A stretch of 64,000 nt of DNA from an uncultured Candidatus Peribacteria bacterium (lineage in GTDB: Bacteria; Patescibacteriota; Gracilibacteria; Peribacterales; Peribacteraceae), in NCBI GenBank assembly GCA_964640945.1, contig CAZXIV010000003.1, positions 28,083 through 92,082 on the forward strand, read 5' to 3'. The position numbers and the translations under genes are program-made. The number at the start of each line of letters is the position of its first letter. Within the stretch, counting starts at the first letter, position 1. The notes under the pieces are model-generated. The model ran no database searches and was not told the DNA's origin. It worked only from the letters and a program-made list of their open reading frames with translations. Shown in pieces: positions 1-10,055 of this stretch.

Positions 1-3000
1 GCTCATCGGGGCCACACTGTTTCTGATCTACGGGACGTATATCACGGTCACATCACCCGTGGATATCCTGCCGGACCTCAACCGCCCTACTGTTACGATC
101 TTCAGTGAAGCGGAAGGCTTGGCAACGGAAGAAGTGGAAACACTGATCTCATTGCCCATCGAATCCGTCATGAACGGCGCTCCTAATGTGGAGCGTGTCC
201 GCTCCGTATCCGCGCCGGGACTCTCGCTCGTCTTCGTGGAATTCGACTGGGGGATGGATATCTACCTGGCGCGACAGATCATTTCCGAAAAACTGCAGTC
301 CTCCCCATTGCCCCCGGGCGTCGAACCGGAACTAGGACCGATCTCCTCCATCATGGGGGAAATCCAGCTCGTGGGCCTGTCCAGTAAGACCGGCGAGACG
401 AACGCGCGGGATCTTCGGACGCTCGCGGATTGGACGATACGCCCAAAACTCCTCACGGTGCCAGGCGTCGCGCAGGTGACGGTACTTGGCGGAGAGATAC
501 AAGAATACCAAGTCCTCGTCGATCCGGTGCGCCTTGCGAACGCGCAAATGACCATCGCGGAACTTGAAGAGAAGCTTGTGTCAATTTCCGAAAACAAGAG
601 CGGAGGATTCGTTGCGACCGATACGACGGAGTATCCCATCCGTATCCTCGGCCGCACTTCCGACGTCGAACTCCTGGGCGATACCGTCATCGCCGAACAC
701 GAGGGGGCGCTCGTATACCTACGCGATGTTGCCACCGTGCGCAAAGGCGCCCAGGTCAATCCGCGCGGGGACGCGAGCGTGAACGGGAAGCCCGGCGTGG
801 TCATGAGCATTACCAAACAACCGGGGGTCAATACCGTCGATCTTACCCATCGCGTCGAAGAGGCGCTGGCCTCGCTGGAAGTAAGCCTCGGTGACGATGT
901 CGAAATTCATCCGGACCTCTTCAAACAGGAGAAGTTCATCGAAAACGGCATCGATAACGCCGTGGAAGCGACACGAGATGCGGCGATCTTCGTCATCTTC
1001 GTTCTTATTTTCTTCCTGGGATTCAAAAACTGGAGGGCGATCGTCATCACCTTGGTCGCCCTTCCGTTCTCGTTCATCAGCGCGATCGTGATTCTCCGTT
1101 GGCTTGGGATCGACATCAACGTGATGACCCTGGGCGGCCTCGCCGTGGCGATCGGAGAACTGACCGACGATGCATTAGTCGACGTGGAAAATATCATCCG
1201 ATGGCTCAAAGAGAACCGTACGCGAAAACAGCCTCTCTCGGTCTACGAGGTGGTCGTACGCGGCAGCTCCGAAGTGCGCGGTTCGATCATCTTCTCAACA
1301 GTCCTCATCGTCCTCGTATTCTTCCCGCTCCTTTCGCTGTCGAACATCGAAGGACGTCTGCTCGCACCGCTGGCTATCGCGTACATCATCGCCCTCCTTT
1401 CATCCACTCTCGTCGCGATGACCATTACGGTGATCCTGTCGTACTACCTTCTGCCGCGCTCGCGGCTCATGCAGGATCAAAAGGAAACATGGATCGTACG
1501 ATTGCTGAAACGTACCGCCGAACCCATCATCCGTTGGAATATCAGAAAACCGCACGTCGGGGTGACGATCATCCTCGTATCGATGGTCCTGACAACACTC
1601 ATGTTCTTGCGTGCAGGAAAGGAATTCCTGCCCCCCTTCAACGAAGGAACACTGACCATTGCAATCGCGCTTCCTCCCGAGGCATCGATCATCAACTCCC
1701 GTGAAATCGGGGCGTCTGTCGAACAGGCTCTCCTGGGTATCGAGGGCGTGAAATCCGTGGCAAGGCGCACCGGGCGCGCGGAGGAAGACGAACATGCAAA
1801 CGGCGTGAACGTCTCGGAACTGGAGGTCGATATCGATCTCGCCGGCCGGAACAAAGACGATATCATCGCCGATATCAAAACCGCTTTTGCCTCCCTGAAC
1901 TTGCAGGGGGCGAACGTGAGCATCGGCCAGCCGATCTCCCATCGCATCGAGCATCTTCTCTCCGGCGTGCGCGCTCCTCTCGTCATTAAGATTTTCGGTC
2001 CCGATCTGGACGAACTGCAGACATACGCAAACCAGATCCGCGATATCCTGGCGGAGATCCCCGGTACGTTGAACCCTGTTGTAGAACAAGGTATTGCGGT
2101 GCCGCAGGTCGTTATCACACCGAACCGCGAGCGGGCCGCTCAATACGGTTTCGTGTTCGGTGATCTCACCGACATCCTCGAAGTGCAGCTCGCAGGTGAG
2201 AAAATAGGGCAGATCCTCGAAGGCTCACGGAGTTTCCCGCTCGTGATCCGCCTCGACGAACGTTCTCTGCGCTCACCGGAGGATGTCGGGCGACTGCTTA
2301 TCCGTACGCCGAGGGATACGGTCATTCCGCTCTCCGCTGTCGCGGACATTGCCATCAAGGAAGGCCGCAGCAGCATCAGCCACGACAATGGACAACGGCG
2401 CGTGGTTATCTCATCAGGCATTCTTGACGGGGATAGCGTCACGATCATCGAGGCGCTGAAGGAGCGCGTGGGCAAAGAGCTCGAATTACCCCAAGGGTAC
2501 TTCCTCAGTTATGAGGGCACGTACCAAAGCCAGCAAGAATCATCGAGAAAGCTGATGCTCTTCAGCGTTCTCGCCTTCATCGGCGTCATCGGATCCCTCT
2601 ACTTCAAGTTCCGATCCATGGCCTTTGTGCTGCAAGTGCTCATCATCGTGCCTGTGACGTACTTGGGAGGAATGATCGCGATTCTGTTCGCGGGGAATAT
2701 CGTGAACCTCGCCAGCCTCGTCGGTCTGATCTCGCTGCTCGGCGTTGCCGCACGAAACGGCATCCTGCTCATCGAGCACTACATTTACCAGGCCACGGAA
2801 GAAGGAATGCCTTTCAGTGAAGAGTTGATCGTCCAGGGCAGCCTGAATCGCATCACGCCGATGGTCATGACATCTGCCACCACTCTTCTTGCCCTTATCC
2901 CGCTTATCATGGGTGCGGGGAAGCCCGGTACGGAAATCCTCTATCCCCTGGGTATCACCATGTTCGGCGGATCACTTCTTTCCCTCGTCGTGGAAATCAT

Positions 3001-3121
3001 GATCCGCCCCGGGCTCTTCATGCTGCTCGGCCGCAAAGCCATCGCGCGTGAGGTGAAACGATTCAAAGAAAGCCATCACACTGGAAAAGAGGCGCATGGC
3101 AGCGCTCAAATCACTTCCTAA
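1..3121 (+). CDS. Heavy-metal efflux RND permease, CusA/CzcA family (5' end cut by window edge)
   Basis: The frame is open from nt 2 (LIGATLFLIYGTYITVTSPVDILPDLNRPTV...), so the listed GTG at 59 is internal. Over 1020 aa with a polytopic RND layout and the HME-type motif AVAIGELTDDALVDVENI. DUF305 and CDF metal genes follow. Confidence 0.9.
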   Translation, partial: LIGATLFLIYGTYITVTSPVDILPDLNRPTVTIFSEAEGLATEEVETLISLPIESVMNGAPNVERVRSVSAPGLSLVFVEFDWGMDIYLARQIISEKLQSSPLPPGVEPELGPISSIMGEIQLVGLSSKTGETNARDLRTLADWTIRPKLLTVPGVAQVTVLGGEIQEYQVLVDPVRLANAQMTIAELEEKLVSISENKSGGFVATDTTEYPIRILGRTSDVELLGDTVIAEHEGALVYLRDVATVRKGAQVNPRGDASVNGKPGVVMSITKQPGVNTVDLTHRVEEALASLEVSLGDDVEIHPDLFKQEKFIENGIDNAVEATRDAAIFVIFVLIFFLGFKNWRAIVITLVALPFSFISAIVILRWLGIDINVMTLGGLAVAIGELTDDALVDVENIIRWLKENRTRKQPLSVYEVVVRGSSEVRGSIIFSTVLIVLVFFPLLSLSNIEGRLLAPLAIAYIIALLSSTLVAMTITVILSYYLLPRSRLMQDQKETWIVRLLKRTAEPIIRWNIRKPHVGVTIILVSMVLTTLMFLRAGKEFLPPFNEGTLTIAIALPPEASIINSREIGASVEQALLGIEGVKSVARRTGRAEEDEHANGVNVSELEVDIDLAGRNKDDIIADIKTAFASLNLQGANVSIGQPISHRIEHLLSGVRAPLVIKIFGPDLDELQTYANQIRDILAEIPGTLNPVVEQGIAVPQVVITPNRERAAQYGFVFGDLTDILEVQLAGEKIGQILEGSRSFPLVIRLDERSLRSPEDVGRLLIRTPRDTVIPLSAVADIAIKEGRSSISHDNGQRRVVISSGILDGDSVTIIEALKERVGKELELPQGYFLSYEGTYQSQQESSRKLMLFSVLAFIGVIGSLYFKFRSMAFVLQVLIIVPVTYLGGMIAILFAGNIVNLASLVGLISLLGVAARNGILLIEHYIYQATEEGMPFSEELIVQGSLNRITPMVMTSATTLLALIPLIMGAGKPGTEILYPLGITMFGGSLLSLVVEIMIRPGLFMLLGRKAIAREVKRFKESHHTGKEAHGSAQITS

Positions 3122-3135
3122 TTTCTTCCCCTCTT

Positions 3136-3492
3136 ATGAATCACACTCTCAATAAACTCGGATTCCTCACGATTGCTTCAATTGCAGCTATCGGTCTTAC
3201 GGCATGCGCTCCATCAGGCACGAATCATTTACAAAGGGCCGGAGGCCACCTGTCCATGAGCATGGACGACATGATGGAAGAACTCGAAGGCAAGACCGGC
3301 GACGACTTCGATAAAGCGTTCATCGAAATGATGATCCCGCACCATGAGGGTGCCATCGCGATGGCTCGCGCCGGGCAGAAGAGCGCGAAGCACCAGGAAA
3401 TCAAAGACATGGCCGACGACATCATCTCGGCACAACAGAGCGAGATCGACATGATGCGTGGCTGGCAGCGCGAATGGGGCTATACGCAATAA
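3136..3492 (+). CDS. DUF305-family lipoprotein (metal/copper-resistance associated)
   Basis: N-terminal lipoprotein signal with lipobox GLTAC. Shows the DUF305 pattern FDKAFIEMMIPHHEGAIAMA ... HQEIKDMADDIISAQQSEIDMM. Lies 14 nt after the RND gene. Confidence 0.8.
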   Translation: MNHTLNKLGFLTIASIAAIGLTACAPSGTNHLQRAGGHLSMSMDDMMEELEGKTGDDFDKAFIEMMIPHHEGAIAMARAGQKSAKHQEIKDMADDIISAQQSEIDMMRGWQREWGYTQ

Positions 3493-3557
3493 TTTCACGG
3501 ATGTAGGGCTGATTTTTATCGGCCCTGCACCTACACTCCTTCTAAGAACCATCCGCT

Positions 3558-4469
3558 ATGTCCACCGACTGTCACGACGGCTGCGAATCACATTCCTCTT
3601 CCACGAAACTGGAGAGAAACTTCGTCGTGGCCCTCATCCTCAACGGCGGTCTCGCGATCGGCGAAATGACGGCAGGCATCATCCTGAACAGCAGCGCACT
3701 CCTCGCGGACGGATTCATGAACGTCGACGACACGGCCGCCCTCGTGCTGAGCATCTATAGCGAACGTAAAACGCGGCAAGCACCCGATGAACGACGGACC
3801 TTCGGATACAAGCGGATGGATGCCTTCGCAGGCTTCGTGAAGGGCTGCCTACTACTTGTGACAGCCCTCATGGCCTTGCTCCAGGCCATGAAGCTCTTGC
3901 TCGATCCTGAGCCGATCCAGGGCATTCCCGTCATGATCATCGGCGGCATAGCGATCGTCGTGAACCTCGTATCGGCCCTTGGCCTCAAAGCCGACGCCTG
4001 TTGCAGCCTGAACGCCAAAGGAACGTACGAATGCCTCAAATACGACGTCGTGGGATCCGCGGCCGTGGTCCTAAGCGGTTTCCTCTCCTACTACTTTGGC
4101 TACGTGTACTTCGACGTCGCAGCCGCGCTCCTCATCACGTTCTTCATGGCGAGGACTGGCTGGGGCATCTTTCGTGAGGGCATGGAATACTTCCTCCAGT
4201 CCGCGCCCAAAGGATTCGATTACGGTGCGTTCGAGAAAGCCGTGCTGGGCGTCGAAGGCGTTACGTCCGTCGGCGACATCCATGTGTGGAGCCAGAACCC
4301 CTCCGAGCACCATCTGACGTGCAAGGTGACGGTGAAGATCGAGGACGTGTGCGACTGCGAGAAGATCATCGGCAAAGTCGAAGCGATCTGTTCGCAATTC
4401 GGCATCCGCCACGCGACCATCCAGCCGGTGTACTCCGCCGACACGCTCAACCGGTTCTGCAAGACGTAA
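3558..4469 (+). CDS. Cation diffusion facilitator (CDF) family metal transporter, CzcD-like
   Basis: Cys/His-rich N-terminus (DCHDGCESH). TM1-2 signature ALLADGFMNVDDTAA and RRTFGYKRMDAFAGF are typical of the CDF family. About 300 aa with a C-terminal cytoplasmic domain. Confidence 0.85.
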   Translation: MSTDCHDGCESHSSSTKLERNFVVALILNGGLAIGEMTAGIILNSSALLADGFMNVDDTAALVLSIYSERKTRQAPDERRTFGYKRMDAFAGFVKGCLLLVTALMALLQAMKLLLDPEPIQGIPVMIIGGIAIVVNLVSALGLKADACCSLNAKGTYECLKYDVVGSAAVVLSGFLSYYFGYVYFDVAAALLITFFMARTGWGIFREGMEYFLQSAPKGFDYGAFEKAVLGVEGVTSVGDIHVWSQNPSEHHLTCKVTVKIEDVCDCEKIIGKVEAICSQFGIRHATIQPVYSADTLNRFCKT

Positions 4470-4661
4470 GGATCGTAAGAATGTGCCGCTTCTCGCGTCC
4501 TAGGGCACTTCGTTCTTCCATTTTTTACGCCCGATCCGTTCGGTTACTTCCCTGGGATGTTAAGTGTCATTCTTCTCGCGCCCGTGGCCTGGTATGCAAT
4601 GTTGCAAATGACGAAGGCCTCTGCAGTTTCATAAAAATGGCTTGGATGTTGTATTTGCTAC

Positions 4662-5861
4662 ATGTTTTTCCTTTTGAATAAGAAAATAAATAGAATAGTG
4701 GTGATGTCTCCCCCTATATCAAAAATAAAGGAAGCCCCCGTGCCCTTTCGACAGAGCACGCTTTTAATGAAGGATGACTTCTGTAAGTACTGTGGAGAGA
4801 ACGGCATCAACGTCACACTCGAAAATTTGGAGGAATTTCACCGCATCGGTTTGTTCTATCCCGCCGTGCGCGTCGATCTTGGCTGTGGGGAGTTTCGCAA
4901 GATCTATGCGGTTTTCAACGGCCAGCATGAGTGGAGATTCGTGGAACCCCATCACATGGATGAATTCAAGCCCGAAAAAGTAGAGGACACGCCGTACTAT
5001 ATGACAGGCCCCCTCATGATGGGCGGCGACGACTGGCTGAAGTGGTATGAGCCGCACGATCTCGTGAGCTACCCTGCATCGAATCCGTACTTCAAGTGGC
5101 AGAAACGCGAACACTCCTACTTCATTACCGATAGGGAGAAGGCGGGGAATGTCTACGAATTGCTCTACGAAAAGCGACAGATCATCGCCCTGCAAATGAT
5201 TCGCGACGCCATGCGCTACTACAGCGATTTCACACCGCTTGCCGGAGGTCGCGTGAAGCGCTTCGTTCAAGAAAAGATAGCGCCCTTCTACCACTTCCTG
5301 CGCTTCTATCTGACTGTCGAAGAAATGCACGATCGATGGGTGCGTTTTGGCTATGAAAAATTCGATGAAGTAAAGAAGGAGGTAGGCGAGAAAAACGCGC
5401 TTGAAGAATGGCAACTCGATTTTACCCACGCCCAGCTTCCGGCCATGAAGAAAGAGGCGAAAGAAATCTTGAATTCACACAAGTTCACCATCGAGGATAT
5501 TGGATCGTGGCTAACGTTCCTTGCGAAGCAGAGCGTCCTCAATACCCGTAAACCTATCAAGAAGTATGTCATCGAAGTGCAGGACAAGACGCTCATCAAC
5601 GCCGAAGAAACGAACCGCATGATCTTGATCCTCAATGATTTGCTGTACGCGCTTACGGGCAAGAAGCAAACCGTGAAAGACGTGCTCAACGAATTGCAGC
5701 GCTATTGTGAGATCTGTCACACGCCGTTCATCCCTCGTCCTAACAAGAAGGATCAGTGGACATGCGCCGATCCTCGTTGCATGGCCGAGCACACGAACAA
5801 GCAAAAAAGATTGGAGCGGAGAGCAAAAGCCGAGAAAGAGGCACGTATGCGGCAAGTATGA
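4662..5861 (+). CDS. Hypothetical protein with C-terminal Cys/His zinc-ribbon-like motif and basic tail
   Basis: Long ORF in the AT-richer island with no competing ORF of coding quality. C-terminus reads CEICHTPFIPRPNKKDQWTCADPRCMAEH followed by a KR-rich tail. Start is uncertain (alternative ATG at 4704, MSPPISK). Confidence 0.55.
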   Translation: MFFLLNKKINRIVVMSPPISKIKEAPVPFRQSTLLMKDDFCKYCGENGINVTLENLEEFHRIGLFYPAVRVDLGCGEFRKIYAVFNGQHEWRFVEPHHMDEFKPEKVEDTPYYMTGPLMMGGDDWLKWYEPHDLVSYPASNPYFKWQKREHSYFITDREKAGNVYELLYEKRQIIALQMIRDAMRYYSDFTPLAGGRVKRFVQEKIAPFYHFLRFYLTVEEMHDRWVRFGYEKFDEVKKEVGEKNALEEWQLDFTHAQLPAMKKEAKEILNSHKFTIEDIGSWLTFLAKQSVLNTRKPIKKYVIEVQDKTLINAEETNRMILILNDLLYALTGKKQTVKDVLNELQRYCEICHTPFIPRPNKKDQWTCADPRCMAEHTNKQKRLERRAKAEKEARMRQV

Positions 5862-5916
5862 AAACAACGGTTTGAAACGGCTATAAGAAGAGGGCTTATC
5901 TCCCGCCCTCTTCTTT

Positions 5917-7218
5917 ATGGCATCCAAATTCGCTACGACAAAGCGCTCTTCAGATCTTCGGATTGTGATGGTGCCGATCGATGCGTTGCATCCCGCGACC
6001 TACAATCCTCGCAAGTGGGACGAAGCCGCCCTCGAACGGCTCACGGAGAGTATACGGAAATTCGGGTTCATCGATCCGGTCATCGCCAACGGTGCTGCCA
6101 AGCGGAAAAATATCGTCATAGGAGGTCACATGCGGCTCGAAGCCGCCAAGAAACTCGGCATGAAAACCGTACCCGTGGTGTACGTTGATATTCCGAACAT
6201 CAAACAGGAAAAGGAACTGAATCTTCGCCTCAACCGTACCACCGGGGAGTGGGATTGGGAGAAGTTGAAGGCATTCGAGATCGACGTGCTCATGGACGTG
6301 GGATTCGGGGATAGCGAACTCTCGAGCATTTGGGATGGAATGCTCGAAACGGAAGATGACGGATTCGACGTCGAAAAAGAACTTGATGACATCAAGAAGC
6401 CGAAGACGAAGCCAGGACAGCTCTATGCCCTCGGCAATCACCGCCTTCTGTGTGGCGATGCGACGAACCCTGATGATGTGCGAAAGCTCACCGGGAAAAT
6501 GAAGCCGGACATGGTGTATCTCGACCCGCCCTATAACATCACGCTCGACTACAACAAAGGGGTGGGCGGTTCCATGCGGTACGGCGGGACGACGCGGGAT
6601 AATAAGAGTGACGAGGATTACGCGGCATTCCTGCGTAGCGCCTACAAGAATGCGCTGAGTGTGACGAAACCGGATTGTCATTTCTTCTGCTACTGCGATC
6701 ACAGCTACATCGGCCTCCTCCACGCGCTCTTTGACGCGGTAGGACTGAGGCCGCAGCGTACGTGCCTATGGATCAAGAATAATTTGAACGTGACTTTGGA
6801 AGTCGCGTTTTCCAAATGCTACGAACCGTGCGTCTACGGGATTCGCGGGAAGCCGTATCTCAACAAAAGCATCCGCAACCTCGCGGAAATCTTAAACAAG
6901 GAAGTCGGGAGCGGGAACCGCGCCGTCGATGACATCCTCGATCACCTCGACATCTGGCTCGCGCACCGCATCCACAATTCCCAGTACGAGCATCCGACCG
7001 AGAAGCCACCAACGTTGCATGAGAAACCGTTGCGGCGCTGCACCAAGCCCGGAGATATCGTGCTCGATCTCTTCGGAGGCTCCGGCTCGACCCTTATCGC
7101 CTGTGAGCAACTGAAGCGCCGGGCGCTCCTTATGGAAGTGGAGCCGATTTTCTGTGACCTCATCATCCGCCGCTTCGAAGCTCTCACGGGCGCGAAAGCT
7201 TCCCTCCTCAAGTCATGA
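5917..7218 (+). CDS. ParB/Srx-like N-terminal domain fused to a beta-class N6A/N4C DNA methyltransferase
   Basis: N-terminus VPIDALHPATYNPRKW...VIGGHMRLEAAKKLG is ParB-nuclease-like. Motif IV is VYLDPPYN and C-terminal motif I is VLDLFGGSGSTLIACEQL, the order typical of beta-class MTases. Confidence 0.85.
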   Translation: MASKFATTKRSSDLRIVMVPIDALHPATYNPRKWDEAALERLTESIRKFGFIDPVIANGAAKRKNIVIGGHMRLEAAKKLGMKTVPVVYVDIPNIKQEKELNLRLNRTTGEWDWEKLKAFEIDVLMDVGFGDSELSSIWDGMLETEDDGFDVEKELDDIKKPKTKPGQLYALGNHRLLCGDATNPDDVRKLTGKMKPDMVYLDPPYNITLDYNKGVGGSMRYGGTTRDNKSDEDYAAFLRSAYKNALSVTKPDCHFFCYCDHSYIGLLHALFDAVGLRPQRTCLWIKNNLNVTLEVAFSKCYEPCVYGIRGKPYLNKSIRNLAEILNKEVGSGNRAVDDILDHLDIWLAHRIHNSQYEHPTEKPPTLHEKPLRRCTKPGDIVLDLFGGSGSTLIACEQLKRRALLMEVEPIFCDLIIRRFEALTGAKASLLKS

Positions 7219-7994
7219 CGAATTTTACGGTGAAACTCGGCGATCGATTTACGCTCGGAGACCATGTCCTCGTGTGCGGCGACTGCACGGATGCATCGCT
7301 CGCGAGCGATGTGCTCGGGAAAAAGCGAATCTCCCTCATCCTCACCGACCCTCCCTATGGCATCGCCTACGTGGAGGGAAAAGAGGGCTTCCGAAAGGCG
7401 AAGACGACGCATACGGCGATCAAAAACGATCACCTGCAGAGTGACGGCGAGTACCGCATCTTTACGCGTCGGTGGATCGAAACCGCAAAGCCTTTCCTCC
7501 AGCGTAAGAACGCCCTGTATATCTTTAACTCCGATCGGATGATCTTTCCTCTCAGGGAAGGCATGCAGGACGCCGGGTGCCATCTGGCGCAGCTCCTCGT
7601 ATGGGTGAAGACCCAAGCCATCGTCGGGCGGCTCGATTACCTCCCCCAACATGAACTCATCGCCTACGGCTGGCTCGGCGTGCATGAATTCCACAAATCC
7701 AAGGACAAGAGCGTCATCGTGTACCCGAAACCATCGAAGAGTGTCCTGCACCCCACCATGAAGCCCGTGGGACTGCTGCGGCAGCTCATTCTCAATAGTT
7801 CCAAAATCGGAGACACGGTCTACGAACCCTTCGCCGGCAGCGGAAGCACGCTCATCGCATGCGAACAGACGAAGCGAAAATGCGTCGCCGTTGAAATGGA
7901 CCCGCATTACTGCGAGGTGATCATTCGGCGTTTTGAAAAACTGGCGGGTATCGACGCGATTAAACTTCTTTCTCCCAAGACCCATGCCCGATAA
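7215..7994 (+). CDS. Beta-class N6A/N4C DNA methyltransferase (second, stand-alone)
   Basis: Motif IV is LILTDPPYG and motif I is VYEPFAGSGSTLIACEQT. ATGA start/stop overlap with the upstream MTase. Confidence 0.85.
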   Translation: MTNFTVKLGDRFTLGDHVLVCGDCTDASLASDVLGKKRISLILTDPPYGIAYVEGKEGFRKAKTTHTAIKNDHLQSDGEYRIFTRRWIETAKPFLQRKNALYIFNSDRMIFPLREGMQDAGCHLAQLLVWVKTQAIVGRLDYLPQHELIAYGWLGVHEFHKSKDKSVIVYPKPSKSVLHPTMKPVGLLRQLILNSSKIGDTVYEPFAGSGSTLIACEQTKRKCVAVEMDPHYCEVIIRRFEKLAGIDAIKLLSPKTHAR

Positions 7995-8463
7995 GAAAGC
8001 CGTGCACCGCGACTCGGCAGTTATCGAAGCACGCAAAGCCCGCGAGCAGGCGTCGCTTTTGGAACAACTGCGTAAAGTACCGATCGTGCAGATCGCCTGC
8101 GAAAAAGTGGGCATCGGACGGGCAACGTACTATCGATGGAAAAAAGAAGACGAGGAATTCGGGAAAACGGCCGACGAAGCGCTCGTCGAGGGGGCGCAAC
8201 TCGTGAGCGACATGGCCGAGAGCCAACTTCTGACCGCGATCCGCGACGGGAACCTCGGGGCGGTCATGTACTGGTTGAAACACCGAAATCCCCATTACAA
8301 CAACAAACTGGAGGTGACGGCCAGACTCAAGAACATGGACGATGAACTTACGCCGGAGCAGGAAGCCGCGATCACCGAAGCCTTAAAACTTGCTTCGTTT
8401 ACCGAGGAGGAATCTTCCGATCCTCCAACCGCTTCCCCGATGCAGCATGAAGAAGCAGCCTAA
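7984..8463 (+). CDS. Terminase small subunit-like HTH protein (phBC6A51/homeodomain-like type)
   Basis: HTH IACEKVGIGRATYYRWKKEDEEF and downstream AVMYWLKHRNPHY are typical of phage small-terminase HTH proteins. Sits immediately upstream of terL. Start was moved to the ATG at 7984 (MPDKK). Confidence 0.6.
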   Translation: MPDKKAVHRDSAVIEARKAREQASLLEQLRKVPIVQIACEKVGIGRATYYRWKKEDEEFGKTADEALVEGAQLVSDMAESQLLTAIRDGNLGAVMYWLKHRNPHYNNKLEVTARLKNMDDELTPEQEAAITEALKLASFTEEESSDPPTASPMQHEEAA

Positions 8464-9997
8464 GAAACTGCTGGCTGACGAGCTACGCACACGGATGCTC
8501 AAAGACCGTGTCTTTCGGCTGCAGACCGTGAAAGCGAGTCACTATTGGTTCTTCCACTTTTACTTCTGGCACTACGTGCGCTTCAGGACGGCGCCGTTCC
8601 AGAAACAGATGTTTGCGATGACGGAGAACAACGAACACCGGACGGTAGTGATCACCGCCTTCCGAGGATCCGCAAAGTCCACCGTCATGAATCTTTCGTA
8701 TGTGCTGTGGTCGATTCTCGGAACGCCGCAGAAAAAGTTCATCATTCTCGTGGGACAGACGCAGGCCCAGGCAAGGCAGCATTTGAAAAACATCAAAGAG
8801 GAACTAGAAAACAATAAGATGCTCCGTGCCGATCTCGGACCGTTCCGCGAGGAAGAAGACGAGTGGAGAAATTCCTGCCTGGTGATCAGTAACTATAAAG
8901 CGAAGATCATGGCGGTAAGCATCGATCAATCCGTCCGCGGCCTGCGCCATGGGCCGCATCGTCCCGACCTTATCGTCTGCGACGACATCGAAGATTTGCA
9001 GTCGGTCAAAACAAAAGAAGGGCGGGACAAGACGTACCAGTGGGTGAAAAGCGAGCTGATGTCCGCCGGAGACACGACCACGCGGACCGTATTCATCGGG
9101 AACCTCCTGCATGAAGACTGCCTCTTAAAACGGCTTCAGAAGGAAATCGTGGCGGGGCAATTGCAAGGCATCTATCGGGAATTCCCCCTCGTCACCCTGG
9201 AAGGAATTTGTTTGTGGCCGGGGAAATATCCGACGGACGAGGCGATCGAGGCCGAGCGGCAGCGTATCGGCAGCGACAGCGCGTGGTATCGGGAATATCT
9301 CCTCCGGATTTTGGCGGACATCGACCGCGTCATTCACTCCGATTGGATCAGATGCTATGACGAATTTCCGCCGGAGAAAGACAAGGAATTTGAGTTTCGA
9401 TACGCGGCTACCGGCATCGATCTTGCGATTTCCCAGAGCGAGAGCGCGGATTTCACGGCGATGGTGTCGGCGAAAGTGTATCGGGAAGATGGGAAGGCGC
9501 TGATTTACATTCTCCCGAACCCCGTGAACGAACACCTCACGTCGCTGGAGACATTGGACCGCGCCAAAGAAGTGTCCAAGGCAATCGGAGGCGGTGAGAA
9601 GACGCACCTGTGCATCGAGGAAGTGGGCTATCAGGGAATGATGATCGAGACGCTCGATAAAGACGGCTACGACGTGACGGGAATGAAGGTGAAGAACCAA
9701 GACAAGCGAGCGCGGCTCGCGCTGACCTCACATTTGTTGCAATCGGGTAGGGTTTTGTTCCCCCGACACGGTTGCGAGGATCTCATCAATCAATTGGTGA
9801 ACTTCGGCATCGAATCGCACGACGATCTCGCCGATGCGTTTGCCATTCTCCTGGCATACGTTCTGGAAAAAGGGATTGGCTCAAGCTTCGGGATTATATG
9901 GATCGGTGGGCATGATGATGACGATGACGACGATGTCCATTGGCGAAGGGCGGGACTGCACAATGGCCGACAAAATATTCTCAATATGCGATTTTAG
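8447..9997 (+). CDS. Phage terminase large subunit
   Basis: Walker A-like AFRGSAKST and Walker B LIVCDDIED. RNaseH-fold nuclease signatures ATGIDLAISQSESADFTAMV and HDDLADAFAILLAY. Start was moved to the ATG at 8447 (MKKQPKK), overlapping the terS stop. Confidence 0.78.
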   Translation: MKKQPKKLLADELRTRMLKDRVFRLQTVKASHYWFFHFYFWHYVRFRTAPFQKQMFAMTENNEHRTVVITAFRGSAKSTVMNLSYVLWSILGTPQKKFIILVGQTQAQARQHLKNIKEELENNKMLRADLGPFREEEDEWRNSCLVISNYKAKIMAVSIDQSVRGLRHGPHRPDLIVCDDIEDLQSVKTKEGRDKTYQWVKSELMSAGDTTTRTVFIGNLLHEDCLLKRLQKEIVAGQLQGIYREFPLVTLEGICLWPGKYPTDEAIEAERQRIGSDSAWYREYLLRILADIDRVIHSDWIRCYDEFPPEKDKEFEFRYAATGIDLAISQSESADFTAMVSAKVYREDGKALIYILPNPVNEHLTSLETLDRAKEVSKAIGGGEKTHLCIEEVGYQGMMIETLDKDGYDVTGMKVKNQDKRARLALTSHLLQSGRVLFPRHGCEDLINQLVNFGIESHDDLADAFAILLAYVLEKGIGSSFGIIWIGGHDDDDDDDVHWRRAGLHNGRQNILNMRF

Positions 9998-10055
9998 GCC
10001 ATTTCGGGGATGTGAAGGGTTTTAGGTAAAGGCATGCGGGTCTTTCGCCTGGCCT

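Noticed and set aside
4470-4661. Search for a direct repeat of the tRNA-Gln 3' end (TGGCTGGGGAGGAGGGATTCGAACC) or other att-type repeats shared between the left edge (4470-4661) and the right edge (14904-15044) of the island.
   Set aside because: No convincing repeat was found by eye, only trivial matches such as TTCCCT.. and two copies of CTTCTCGCG within the left edge. The island boundaries therefore remain approximate. A computational repeat search is needed.
9900-9960. Run of Asp codons (GGHDDDDDDDVHW) near the C-terminus of the terminase large subunit. It was considered as a slippage-prone simple-sequence repeat or contingency locus.
   Set aside because: The codons are a mix of GAT and GAC and not a perfect repeat, and the run is short and in frame. 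An acidic tail is a simpler explanation.
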